From Octopus bimaculoides (lineage: Eukaryota), in contig NC_068989.1 in assembly GCF_001194135.2 (NCBI RefSeq), positions 4,422,319-4,486,318 on the forward strand: 64,000 nt of DNA. Reading direction: 5' to 3'. The notes below the pieces were generated by a model that saw only the letters and a program-made list of their open reading frames with translations, was not told the DNA's origin and did not search any database. Position 1 is the first letter of the stretch, and each line of letters opens with the position of its first letter. Positions 38,859-51,599 of the stretch are shown here, piece after piece. The position numbers were made by a program, and so were the translations under genes.

Positions 38859-39431
38859 CTTAAAAAGTAAAGAAGAAACAATGGAAAAAATATGAAAATG
38901 AAATAAAAGAAATAAAGAGATTTGGAGAAAATTATTACCTTTTGTCTGTCCTGTATATCACTTGTGATCATGGACATATTTCTCCAGCGTCCATGTATCG
39001 TATATGATACACGTGCTCAATCCTTTTTTAACTACCAGAGAAACTTGGGACTTATGAAAGAAGACTTTATAAGAAAACGCCCCTTAACCGTTCCAACTTC
39101 CGCAGCAGTGGCTCGAGAGCCAGCACGTACAGAAGAGGTGACAAGTGGCAGGCTTGATGGGCCGAGTGTGCGATGCTAAATGGTTTCGAGCTGTTTCTGC
39201 AGCGCATTGCAGTGATCTAGCCCCTGAAAACGAGCCCGAAACGTTAAATAGATATTGCCGAGTAGTTAAGCACACCAAAAGGGAGTGTAATTGCACAGAA
39301 ATATTATCACCGTGATCTAAACCATGTTAGCAGAATATTTGACTGAACAGGCATTAACCAGCAGAAATGCTTAATTAAACACTTAAAAAATACAGATCTC
39401 CAACTTTGTGTGTCTTTCCAGTATGGCGGCC

Positions 39432-39489
<58 letters not shown>

Positions 39490-39491
<2 letters not shown>

Positions 39492-39670
39492 GAAATGTGG
39501 AACCTCAAGACCAAAACAATATCTGTTGTCATAGGTTCCCTAAGAATGATAGCAAAAGGAGTTGATTGCTACATTTCTCAGATACCAGGAAATCCAAAAA
39601 TGGAAAAAATTCAAAAAATAGTGCTCATTTGAACTATTCATATCCTACGTAAGATATTGTCTATGTAATC
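39490..39670 (+). mobile_element. R4/Dong-like LINE 3' fragment abutting (TAA)n
   Basis: MWNLKTKTISVVIGSLRMI...IPGNPKMEKIQKIVLI*TIHILRKILSM*, directly after (TAA)n at 39433-39490. Confidence 0.75.
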
Positions 39671-39989
39671 CCCAAAGCATTTTAATCTGTAAACAGTGTC
39701 AAAATATTTTTAAATGTACATGATAGCAAACACCTTTTACTATCATCTTAACATCACACAATAATCTTATAATCAAATGACTTTTAAAACAAACTTCTAA
39801 TTTACTTATGTTTTGACAGACATTCTCTAGAACAATGCTCTGGCACCCGAGTCATAACACCAACTTGAAGTTCCAACTTGTCTCTTGACGATACTTGGAG
39901 TTAACTTGTACAGATACAAAGCAAAAGCCAAACATAATAATAATAGGGCTACAGCAAATATTCTGCTCAATACCACAGATTTGCTTGTC

Positions 39990-40465
39990 AGTTGTTTGAC
40001 CTTAACCAGTTGAGCATGTCTCTTGGTGGCTGACGATATGAGCATCTCTGATCATTAGCAGAAGTAGTGGAGGAGCAATATAGCCATGTGTTGAGAGGAA
40101 TTCTTTGGAGTTTGAATAAGTCACCTTTGGAAACATGGGTGTTTTGCTCAACATCCTTAAACAAACCTTATTCAGAGACCTTTTGAGCGGGATGGGCTAC
40201 TCGACCTGAAGAAATTTCTAACTGGGCCCCACCTGCGAGGTCATGCGCTGTTTATCTTGATATGAGATCACCATGTCGCGCACATGTGGTTGTTATGAAT
40301 GTGCCTGGTGTACCCTTATCAGACGGGTAGTCATGATGGGTATAATGGGCTTCGTATATTTTACCCCAGTGTCACTTTGATGGCATGCACTGCTCTCTCA
40401 CTCAATAATAATAATAATAATAATAACAATAATATCAATAAATAATAAATGATAATAATAATAAT
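39990..40465 (+). mobile_element. Interspersed repeat with (TAA)n tail (SINE or LINE 3' UTR)
   Basis: Its 3' part (tatcagacgggtagtcatgatgggtata...ctgctctctcactcaataat) recurs at 63725-63830(+) and 1880-1960(-). Confidence 0.7.
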
Positions 40466-40673
40466 CTTTTTAGGCACAAGGCTAGGAAATTTGAAGAGAG
40501 TATTAAACGAATTATCGACCCTGGAAGTGAAGTTGACCATGATGTTGTTTGAACTCAGAAGCATAAAAGCCAGAATATACGCTATCTCAATGAGAGCGGA
40601 AACATATTAAACAATAAATGAGTGAACCAACTAATATACATAGAATGAAATAACGAAATAATTGGCGCCGTAC

Positions 40674-40829
40674 CTGTGTCTTTGACAAATACATCCATCG
40701 ATTCTGTACTTGCTTGAGAATATTCATCCAATAATTGATAGATCGCAGCGATTCTATATAGACTGAAACATCCTGGGCAACACATCACCGAACCAATAAT
40801 ATTCTGAGCACTCTTTGTCATCCAGAAAT
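40674..40829 (-). CDS. CHS: Chitin synthase segment B, catalytic exon
   Basis: poly-T..aaag acceptor, g|gtacgg donor. (D)FWMTKSAQNIIGSVMCCPGCFSLYRIAAIYQLLDEYSQASTESMDVFVKDT corresponds to the canonical GCVLCSPGCFSLFR segment. Confidence 0.96.
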
Positions 40830-41226
40830 CTTTAAAAAAAAAACAACTTTTTAAGTAAAAATGAAAAACGAAATATATTGTGTATATGAAAAACGGAAGT
40901 TAAACTTTCGAGATGTGAAGGCGCATGGCCTCTGAGCTGGATCGTTGTACTCACAGTCGCAAGTTATTTCCAGATATTTGAGACGTAAAACACTTCGTAT
41001 ATTTCAGACATTAAAATTTCAGTGAAGTTTGACAACCCTTTCGAAGACAACGAAATACAGGCCCGATGATTATATATATATACAATCATCTGCCATATCC
41101 AGTCTTTTATCGGCAAGATCAAATCGAACTATGACGTATGGTATTTAAAATAGTTACTATCAGATTATTTATACAGGATATTAAGTGATACTTAAACAGC
41201 AGTAGAGACAAAAAACAAGAACCAAC

Positions 41227-41977
41227 CTTTAGCGTATTCAAACATTTGGAACCATACAATTGGGTGATTCCTCTCGCCTATGGGATGTGTCCGGCCACAA
41301 GCACCACCGAGGCGAAGATCACCATTACAAGTGTTCAATAAATCAAGCACACCATCGTCACTGAACTTCATGTCGGAATCTGTTGCTAGGATATAGGTCC
41401 GGTTGTCGAATTCTTCAGGATTCGGAAGGAACGGCGACTTCATGTTCACTTCGGTATCCTTTATTAAATTTCCACTGATGGTATTAATAGGTATCCTTTC
41501 TACTTCCGGGTTAAAATGAACACTGACGTCATTGGGACCCATCTTAGTTATTGTACTTGAGGCCCATGAAGTGCCAGAATCTCCAAGGCCATGCATGTAT
41601 GTAGGGTTCATCGCTGAATGGTGGTTCGCCGATAATCTACCGTTCATCTTGGGGACACCCAAGCCATTCGGATGGAAATATACGCTAGAGGCTGAATATA
41701 GGCTTTTACTTAGATTTTTCTCATCCGACCAGTATGACATCTCATCCTCGCTGGAAAATGCCGAACAATCGCTATATTGACTCAGCATTGAACTTCTGTA
41801 GTTACCTAGTATTCCTGTTTGGTTGTACAATGAATCTACACCATAGAATTTCCTTTCATCGACACAATACCGGGCGTTGAATGGCGTCGATTCCATTTCG
41901 CAGCGTTTCAGTCTTTTTTCTATCCAATTGTAAGCTTTTTTCACCCGGCAACTCATTATGTAGTTCATATATAACAC
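41227..41977 (-). CDS. CHS: Chitin synthase segment B, 751-nt catalytic exon with large insertion
   Basis: tttaaag acceptor, phase 0; g|gttggt donor, phase 1. Starts VLYMNY and ends NRTYILATDSDMKF...GGACGRTHPIG...VWFQMFEYAK. Confidence 0.95.
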
Positions 41978-42944
41978 CTTTAAAGATCGAGAAGAAATTA
42001 CACATTATACATATACATATTCACACGCATATTCACACACACACACATGTTTGTGTTTGTGTGTCCGAATATAGCAAAGAGAGAGAGAGAGAGATATGTG
42101 CGTGTGTGTGTGTGTGTGTGTGCGTGTGAGTGGGCCGGCGTGTGTGTGTATCTGTGTGTGTATCTGTGTGTGTATCTGTGTGCGTGTCTATGTGAACAAT
42201 GATATCTCGTGTTGGAATGGAGATTATTGTCAATGGAATTAGTCACAGTCACTTGTATCGTTAATGATTCTTTCTTTAAAAGGACAAAAGCGTAAAGTCG
42301 CCTCCATGAGATCCGATGTCAGAATAAAGAACAACTGAGATTATAAACAGTTTTTTTTTTCCTTTTCTTCTGCACAATTTTATACAGAAAACCCAGAACA
42401 CATCGATTAAATCCCTATTTTTACAAGCCAGTAATTATTAGGGAAAGGAACATATCAATTCGTTGATCCCATTACTTAACTATTACCTCATAACATCGAC
42501 CCCAACAGGATAAATGGCGAAGTTAACTTTGACGAAATTTGAACTCAGAACGTAATGAATCGGCAGAAACATCGCTATGCATTTTTTCACACGTTTTAAC
42601 AATTCTGCCAGTTTGCCTCTTAAAAGGTTTCAAATTTTGGTGCAAAGCCACTAATATTTCGAAGGAAGGGGACGTGTCAATTACATCGACACGTGTATCA
42701 TATATGATGCATGAATGCCAGAGAAATATACCCGGCATATAACATGTGATAAGAGTTAAAAAAAAATCTTGGGGTAAAGCAATAAGAGCTAAATCACTCA
42801 TGGACATACTACGATCTTTAAAAGGATGGTAACATTGGAAACACATATACAAGCGCGCGCACAAAGTACAACCTGGATGTAGTCGAATCATGAAATCATA
42901 GCCTACTGTATTAAGACATTGGATAATGTATCCTAGATAGACTT

Positions 42945-43323
42945 GTTAGCACTCCGTCGCTTACGACGTCGAAGGTTCCAGTTGATCCGATCAATGGAAC
43001 AGCCTGCTCATGAAATTAACGTGCAAGTGGCTGAGCACTCCACAGACACGTGTACCCTTAACGTAGTTCTCGGGGATATTCAGCGTGACATAGTGTGACA
43101 AGGCTGACCCTTTGAATTACAGGCACAACAGAAACAGGAAGTAAGAGTGAGAGAAAGTTGTGGTGAAAGAGTACAGCAGGGTTCGACACCATCCCCTGCC
43201 GGAGTCTCGTGGAGCTTTAGATGTTTTCGATCAATAAACACTCACAACGCCCAGTCTGGGAATCGAACCCGCGATCCTATGACCGCGAGTCCGCTGCTCT
43301 AACCACTGGGCCATTGCGCCTCC
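42945..43323 (-). mobile_element. tRNA-derived SINE (head 2 + tail N), full length
   Basis: Near-identical to 8814-9192. Confidence 0.9.
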
Positions 43324-43569
43324 ACTCTAGATAGACTATATATGAATAAAACTGGCCATGATGGTCATATTTGGAACAACCTAGTTTATAGTTTTGCTCA
43401 GTCAGATCTCTTGGCTCTAAATAATAACAAGGGGTTTCTGGATACATTATGTATAAAAAAAAGTAGACAAGAGTTGATAAAGCTTTGATCCTGTCTGTAT
43501 TTTTTTTCAATCAGAGTTGGTCAACGGCTAACAACAAAAAGCAAATGATTTTAGCTTAAATTTTAGAAA

Positions 43570-43790
43570 GAATTGCAAGACAGATTCTTGAAATAGAGTC
43601 AACTGGCAGAAAACCTAAGAGTGGACTAAGACCAAGGTGATTAGATAATAGCTATAGTCTCTGTTGGTCATGCTTGTGAATCCATGTGGAAAGTGTAATG
43701 ATGATGGCTTCTGATAGGGACCATATAGAGGAGGTGCCTGAGGATTCTACCCACACAACTCAACACTGAATCGCAGGCAGAGAAAATGGT
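43570..43790 (+). mobile_element. RTE-like LINE 3' fragment
   Basis: RQILEIESTGRKPKSGLRPR*LD...MMASDRDH resembles V.G.RPRGRPR.RW.D...MA.DR..W. Confidence 0.5.
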
Positions 43791-44083
43791 TGATGGATTA
43801 ATTGGCATCAGCGACACAACAACATATGTAAAATATAAGATCCACACATTAGTTTTATGATGTAAAAGCAGGTCAGATTTCTCTAATGTAGTCTTTCAAA
43901 CGTAAAAAGCGTGAGGTTGGTCATAAATTCGAGTGCCTTCCATCATAATTTTATCCTTTCAAGGTCAACTCAGTCTAAACAGCAACAACAGCCCATGTAT
44001 TGAGACCCACTGTTATTGTTAGCATAGAGCTTACAGAAGATTGGGAAGACAGTGAGTAATTCATCGAATCTGAACATGAATAT

Positions 44084-44189
<106 letters not shown>

Positions 44190-44286
44190 CTATCTATCTA
44201 TCTATAAGTATATATAAATAGAAACATACACGTACACATACATAAATACATGCATACACACACACATATTTATGTATTAAACTTAC

Positions 44287-44551
44287 CTGACTCCATCGTT
44301 TTTTCGGTTTCACTTTTTGAGAGTCTTTCAGGTGCAGAAAAAACGGAATGCCACCATTTAAGATCCATTGCAGCTGCAATCCGTAAGGCATTTGATTTGC
44401 ATATGCTTCTGTACGAGCAATATTCAGTTGGTTTTGAAGTAACGACAGAAGCTGCAGAGCAAACTCTCCAAGCTCGTTCCCTTTACAACCATTATCAAGA
44501 ATCACGTGGGACTCCATATAGACATGAGACAGTTTTTTCGACAAGGATAAT
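44287..44551 (-). CDS. CHS: Chitin synthase segment B, most 5' exon found (catalytic domain)
   Basis: ttccag acceptor, phase 2; cag|gtaagt donor. LSLSKKLSHVYMESHVILDNG...MPYGLQLQWILNGGIPFFLHLKDSQKVKPKKRWSQ matches the E.HIFFDD / PYGG.L.W.L / HLKD...R.RKRWSQ motifs. Confidence 0.95.
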
Positions 44552-45476
44552 CTGGAATTCACAGAAGAGATTTAATGAAAAAAAAAGATGCAACTGTAAA
44601 TTTAGTTTCTCATTACAATCTCAATTCTTATAATTCTTCGTTTCTGTATTTGGTTTCCAAGAGTCTTGGTGTGAACTCAAGTACTGAAACAAATTTCATT
44701 GTATCACAGGAGGTGGGTCGTTATGTCAATAACAAACACACGCACAGTTCGATTTCACTTCTTTATTATTCCTTAATTGATTAGCTATTTAACTAATTGA
44801 TTGCTCGATCAATCGTTCAGTCAGTGAAACCTTTCATCGACATTTGCTACTAAAAGACATACAGACAAACAAATCTGAAATGGACTTCAAACAGACAGGA
44901 AATGTCATTCATGAGGTCACAAATAGCGACAAAAGGACTTTGCCAAACCTAGTTGATTGACTGATTAACTTAACAATTAATCAAACAATCAGTTAGTTAA
45001 TTGATTAAGTAATCAACCAATTGACAAATAAATAGAGAAGTGAAATAGAACCAGTCGCCTTTATGGCATATTGACAATGCAGAACCAAGTGCAGCTCTAT
45101 GCATTGGTCACATGTTTTTTTTCTATTATTCTAGTGTAATGAAAATATTCTATGTAATCTTTGTGAAGTGCATAGCAGTGTGCAGTGTCAGAATGTATTG
45201 GCATAATTATTCTCCCGATATTTAACAAAACCTGTTTCATCTCACGACTTCACATCAAGAATCTTGCAAGCCAAGTACAAAAACGAAATACCCTGTTTAA
45301 CATTTCTTAAAAGAATGCTATTGCGATCAACACTAACTTTGACCTTTCTCTCATAACAAACCATCCAGTGTTGTAAATATTTTTTGTGAACGTTAAAATA
45401 GTACAAATGCAACATTACATATCTTGATTAATTACATGAAGCTCTTTAAATTGTAACCTGAATACGACTGTTTACT

Positions 45477-45518
<42 letters not shown>

Positions 45519-45524
45519 TATGCG

Positions 45525-45812
45525 CCCTTTTAAAGCCTAGCCAGGCTCATGGGCCTGGTTTCCCGGTTTCTATGGCGTATGTGTTCACCCCAGCTGGACG
45601 GGACCCCAATCCATCGCAGCGTTACTCAAGAAACAGTGAGTGGAAGTTGCGGTGAAAGAGTGGAAAAGAGGTCGACACCACTCCCTGCCGGAGCCCCGTG
45701 GAGTTTAGGTGTTTTCGCTCAATATACACACACAAAGCCCGGTCTGGGAATCGAAACCGCGATCCTCCGACCGCGAGTCCACTGCTCTAATCACCGGGCC
45801 ATTGCGCCTCCA
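45525..45812 (-). mobile_element. tRNA-derived SINE (head 2 + V-like tail)
   Basis: Head as in 8814-9192; tail gagtaacgctgcgatgg...ccagctgg...ggctttaaaagggcgca as in 12378-12630. Confidence 0.85.
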
Positions 45813-45973
45813 CACACGCACATTTTATACATAACAACTTTTTGCAAGCAAATTCTATAAGAGATGCAATAATTTATTAGGAAGAATAACTTAGGAATAT
45901 GGATTTCCGCAATGCACCATATCATATCTTTTCTTTGAATTTTACCACCCGAGAAGGTTATATATATATATAT

Positions 45974-46073
45974 NNNNNNNNNNNNNNNNNNNNNNNNNNN
46001 NNNNNNNNNNNNNNNNNNNNNNNNNNNNNNNNNNNNNNNNNNNNNNNNNNNNNNNNNNNNNNNNNNNNNNNNN
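45974..46073. other. Exactly-100-N gap (probable unsized scaffold join)
   Basis: Counted 100 N. Left boundary of the block carrying the plus-strand CHS exons. Confidence 0.85.
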
Positions 46074-48899
46074 TAGTAATAGTGATATTTCCTTGCGTCA
46101 AAATTTGAAATCTCTAATTAATCTCGCTTTGTTATCACACAGTTTCGGGTTCTGTCCCACTGCGTGGCACCTTGGTCGAATGTTTTCTACTATGGCTCCC
46201 AGCCGACAATTGCCTTGCAAATTTGGCAGATGGAAACTGCGTGGAAACCCTCGAATATATTTTTGTGGGAGAGGCTTCCTGTTTGCATTTCTTCCCATTC
46301 CCGCATCACTTAGCGACCGATGTTAGTTCACATGTCCATAACTTAGCACTTCGGGCAAAAGGGATCGATAGAATAAGTATCAACCTTACAAAAAGTACTG
46401 GGATTGCTTTGTTTGACTAAACCCTTTCAAGGTCACCCCCCATCAGGGCCGCAACCCACTGAATTAAACAAGACAAAGGTGAGCGATATCTGCACAATGC
46501 CTCCACCTCTTGAAATTAACTGCTAATTCACCCCCCCCCCTCAAATCACACTTTACATGTCTTGAAAAGGAAGAACACTTCGGATAATATCATTCGAAAT
46601 AAACTGTCAAGAAAGCAGCGAAATAGTTATTCTTGATGAGGGCTAACATCAAGGTTAAGCAAGAACTCCACTTTGATCATACAATTTATCAGGTTCAACT
46701 CCTGGCGATGCCCATTCTAGGTTTCACCCGTCCTTGTCCGTAAAAGTTAGTACCAGACAAATAGGACGAGATCTATCATGGACCGACGTTTTACCCGGTT
46801 TCCACGACGAAAGAGTAACCAAGACCTCAAACTCCCACCAGACACGATGCTGGTCCCTTCCAGGGTTGACTTCCCAACTATTACTAGAACACATTTACAG
46901 TTGAGTCGACTGGAGCAATGTGAAACGAAGTGATTTGCTCAACAACACAACACCCGACCCGGTCTGAGAATCGAAACCACAATTTTTACGATTGCGAGTG
47001 CAACACCGTGACTACTGCGCCGCGTGTCTTCATTTGGCCAAGACGGTTGACCATAGAAAAATGTAAATTCTTTAGGTGTGCCTGACTCTGGGCTGGTTTC
47101 AATTCCCGGTTGAAAGAATATTTCCTTCAATCGCATTATATTTGTCTTCGTTTTAAAGCTGATACGATGTGATATGAAGGAGATCTCGCTGCTATTTTAA
47201 TGAATAGGACGACCATGTATCAGCTTCCTTTTTTGGGATATTACTCTTTAGATCCTCATCTCTTACATTGCGCAACAACGATGAAAGACTTTTCACTTTC
47301 ATCGATCCGGTTTCGATCTCCGCAATGTTTCGATATTTTAGGGTTTCTAAGGTGTCGAGCTGGCGGAAACGTTAGCACAGCGGCCGAAATGCTTAGCGGT
47401 ATTTCGTTTATCTTTACGTTCTGAGTTCAAATTCCGCCGAGGTCGACTTAGCTTTTCATCCTTTCGGGGTCGATAAACTACCAGTTGCATACTGGGGTCG
47501 ATCTAATCGACTGGTTCCCTCCCACAAAACTTCGAGCCTTGTGCCTAGAATAGAAAAGAATATTTTAGGGTTTCTATTTTTCTAGCATTTTGACTGCTAT
47601 TTCTAACCTGGGGTGACCATGTATAGGTCACACTCTTCGTTATGATTTACTTTAGGTGAATTCTCAGGTTCGAGTCTCATCAGCTGTTCAGCTTTCATTT
47701 CGGAGTCAACCCATTTTTTCTTTCAGTTTATGCAGTTGATATGTGGGACGCCAAAGGGGCGACCCGTCAGAATTAGAACGCTGTATGAAATGCTTAGCGA
47801 AATTTCGTTCGTCTCTACATTCTGGTTTCAAATGCCACCGAAGTCGACTTCGCCTTTCATGCTTTCGGGGTCGATAGATTAAGTACCAGCTGAACACTGG
47901 GGGAGGGGCCGATGTAATCGATTAGCTCCCCACCTCACTACAAAAAAAAATTTCAGACCCTGCGCCTATGGCAGAAAAGAATATTATAAGCGGTGCGGTG
48001 AGATGAACGTCATGTTTATAATTGTCTGTTGAAGGTGACGTCCTGCAACAATTGTTAGCATGCCGGATGTAATGCTTAGCGGCTTATTGTTCAAATGCTG
48101 CCGACATCAACTTTACCTTTTATCCTTTTGGGGGTCGATAAAATAAGTACTAATTGTGCAATGGGATCGATGTAATCGATTAGTCCCAACTCCTACAAAA
48201 ACTGATGTATTTTTCTTTATATTGATTTCACTTACTAAACGGCGACCAAGCTGGGGCACCACTGTTAAGGGTATTGTCAAAAAAATCGACCCCAGTGTTT
48301 AATCCTAAGTCTGGTGCTTATTCTATCGGTCTTTTTTGCTGAACCGCAAGAAAACAAAACAAAATAACAACAGTTGCCAAACTGCGCAGTGGCGACAAAC
48401 ACAACAGAATATAACACACATAAACAGGCTTCCTCGCAGTTTCCGTCTCGCAGAGCATTATAAATAAAAACGGGATACTATGGAGTGGGACTGAACCCAA
48501 AAGAAAGGGGTCAGAAAACGAGCTTCTTAACCAAACAGCCATACTAGCATCTACTAAACAAATATTGGAAAAAGGGATCATCAACAATATCGAACATCAA
48601 TAAAGATGAACGAGAGAGAGAGAGTGGGGAGAGAACTGAGGATTTTATTTTTCCGTTTCATAGCTCTTTTTGTACATTTTTTTGTACTTTTACTCGTATT
48701 CATGTATAATCGTATTAAACATGCTCTTCGTTTAGCTCTAGAGTAGAATAAACATTTGTTCACGCATGTACACACACACACAAATACGTATGTATGTCTA
48801 TTATTCGAGGTAAGGATAAAAAACAGGTTTATAAAAAAATTATTCATCGATAAAAGTGCACAAGGCATATCAAAAGAGCAACCGAGCGAAAATGTATGA

Positions 48900-48933
<34 letters not shown>

Positions 48934-49949
48934 AAGAAAGAAAGAAAAGAAGTTCACTTCACAACCTTGGGGTCCTGTCTTGGCTCCCAGTGCGTGGCAT
49001 CTTGGGAATGTGTCCTTAACATCTCTAATCATCCCAGGTATTATAAGTGAATTTGTATTACAGGTGTAGCTGGATGGAACGTACCAGTTAAGTGTCCCGA
49101 TGATTCTACTTGGAATTCACATTGATACACTTATCTGTGGAGTACTCAGCCATTTTGCTCACGAATTGAATAATTCGGTCATCCAGTTGACTGAACAAGG
49201 GGATGCTCATACGTCGAGATTGACGGTAGAGCATCCATCACACACCCACCCACCTACAAAATCACACACATGCATACATACACACATACACGTATATANN
49301 NNNNNNNNNNNNNNNNNNNNNNNNNNNNNNNNNNNNNNNNNNNNNNNNNNNNNNNNNNNNNNNNNNNNNNNNNNNNNNNNNNNNNNNNNNNNNNNNNNNN
49401 NNNNNNNNNNNNNNNNNNNNNNNNNNNNNNNNNNNNNNCCCCCCCCCCCACATATATACATACATACATACATACATACATAGAGAGAGAAAGATTTTAT
49501 CGCTGGTATAGTGAGACGTTATTTACTGGCGGTGCTCCAGCATGGCCACAACCTATGGGCTGAAACAAGAGAATAAAAGAATACGTTTACATGATTTCAC
49601 TAAGGCATAGCAATACTTAATAGCCATTTGTTTCGAGTTAGACGAGTTCAGAGCGTAATATCAATTACGTGTGTGATGTTTGTGGAACGAAATTTACTTT
49701 CAACACTGTTTGGAAGACAACCGCACAATATTTTTTTGTTAGACATTACGGCAGAGATCTGCTCCTGCTTTTCTCACCAAAATACCTGTCGCTCCGACCA
49801 TTGTTATCTCCTAGGTTGGACCCACTATAGTGATGAAACAAACATTTCACCCTGTTAGTATCGCTAATAATATTTCTACTGCCATTCAGTCAATATTTGT
49901 CGTTTCATAGACCTTTACATCCCTATCTTGTTTGTGTGTCAGTAAATTA

Positions 49950-51200
49950 ATTTTTAAATATTTAATACCAATTATTAATAACTTTACAAATTTGTGAACT
50001 TTCCATTAAGATTTGTTTTTGATGTCCATATTTTAACCACTATTCAGTTTGTATGGCCTTCGACCCTTATCTTAAAGCCAATNNNNNNNNNNNNNNNNNN
50101 NNNNNNNNNNNNNNNNNNNNNNNNNNNNNNNNNNNNNNNNNNNNNNNNNNNNNNNNNNNNNNNNNNNNNNNNNNNNNNNNNNNNNNNNNNNNNNNNNNNN
50201 NNNNNNNNNNNNNNNNNNNNNNNNNNNNNNNNNNNNNNNNNNNNNNNNNNNNNNNNNNNNNNNNNNNNNNNNNNNNNNNNNNNNNNNNNNNNNNNNNNNN
50301 NNNNNNNNNNNNNNNNNNNNNNNNNNNNNNNNNNNNNNNNNNNNNNNNNNNNNNNNNNNNNNNNNNNNNNNNNNNNNNNNNNNNNNNNNNNNNNNNNNNN
50401 NNNNNNNNNNNNNNNNNNNNNNNNNNNNNNNNNNNNNNNNNNNNNNNNNNNNNNNNNNNNNNNNNNNNNNNNNNNNNNNNNNNNNNNNNNNNNNNNNNNN
50501 NNNNNNNNNNNNNNNNNNNNNNTAGTGGATGCTGAACAGAACTTAACGAACATTCTATGAGCAAAGATTAAACCGAAAAGATATTAACAGCTTGCGTCTA
50601 GACAACCTGACGAACTGTTAACAGTATTGCATATTTATAATGGACTAATTGCGAGGTTCAATTTGGGGTCGAGAATCTTGGATTTGGCCCAGACTCTCAA
50701 ATGTCGAAATGAGCTGGTGCAATGAATTGGTTGAAATCGCGATAGATGTAGCCATGTTGGACATCATTTCTGTGGCACATTGCCGTTTGGCAGCCATGCT
50801 TTCTTTTAAGAAATTTGAGATGATTGAAACGCTTTTTATTTCAATGTACGGCTCAGTAAGTCCGAAACAGAAACCACATGACACACAGCCATACCTGCGC
50901 ATAGTTCAATGTTTTATCTCAAAATTCAATTGCTTCTCAATTTTTGCCTCATGTGAAACGTTGAAACGACTCTAAGTCTCGCATATCTCTCTGCAAATGA
51001 CTGGGTTGTATATTACTATTGTGGTTGACATATATAATAATGACTGATTAAGTGGATATTGCTTTCGGCTTCAGCTTTATTGCGCGACAATTTTTGGTAA
51101 ATGCCCTCTGTAGGCCCGAGCTGACCAAAATCTTTTGAGTGAAATTCGCTATACAGAAACTTCGTAGAAGCACAGCAAAACCGTAGACATACTCTGTTTA
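49950..51200 (-). mobile_element. Highly degenerate hAT (Charlie/ZBED5-like) transposase relic
   Basis: Fragmentary multi-frame matches (HEAKIEKQLNF; PIHC...WAK; AHRMFVKFC; IKNK) in the expected order. Many stops; identified by eye only. Confidence 0.4.
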
Positions 51201-51599
51201 ATACCACCTAACCATTTCTTTTTGCCTTCTAGCTAAGCACGCTCTGTGGTAAGGCTTTGGTCGGCCCGAGGCTATAGTAGAAGATACTTGCCCAACGTGC
51301 TACTTAACACACAGCCACTCCTGCACCTATCTATATCCTTCATTGATATTTCATACACTTTTGATACTATAGTTTCAACAAAACTAAAATGTTTATTATT
51401 GCAATTGAATAAAAAAGGATAAATATGCTTTTGTTTTCAGCGATCCCCATTTGAAACTTGTCGAAATATTTATAATTTCCAAAATAATTCACATATAAAG
51501 AAAATTTAAATACTATATATTATTTTAACTCCCATGACACCTGGCAAAGCCTAAAACTATGAATTTAAAAAAATTGGCAGTTAATGAGTTAAAACAAAT

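Noticed and set aside
50645-50902. 85-aa ORF considered as a missing CHS-B exon (one frame reads VWLCVMW, similar to CATMW)
   Set aside because: Stops follow within a few codons, the acceptor is poor, and the surrounding frames fit a hAT relic better.
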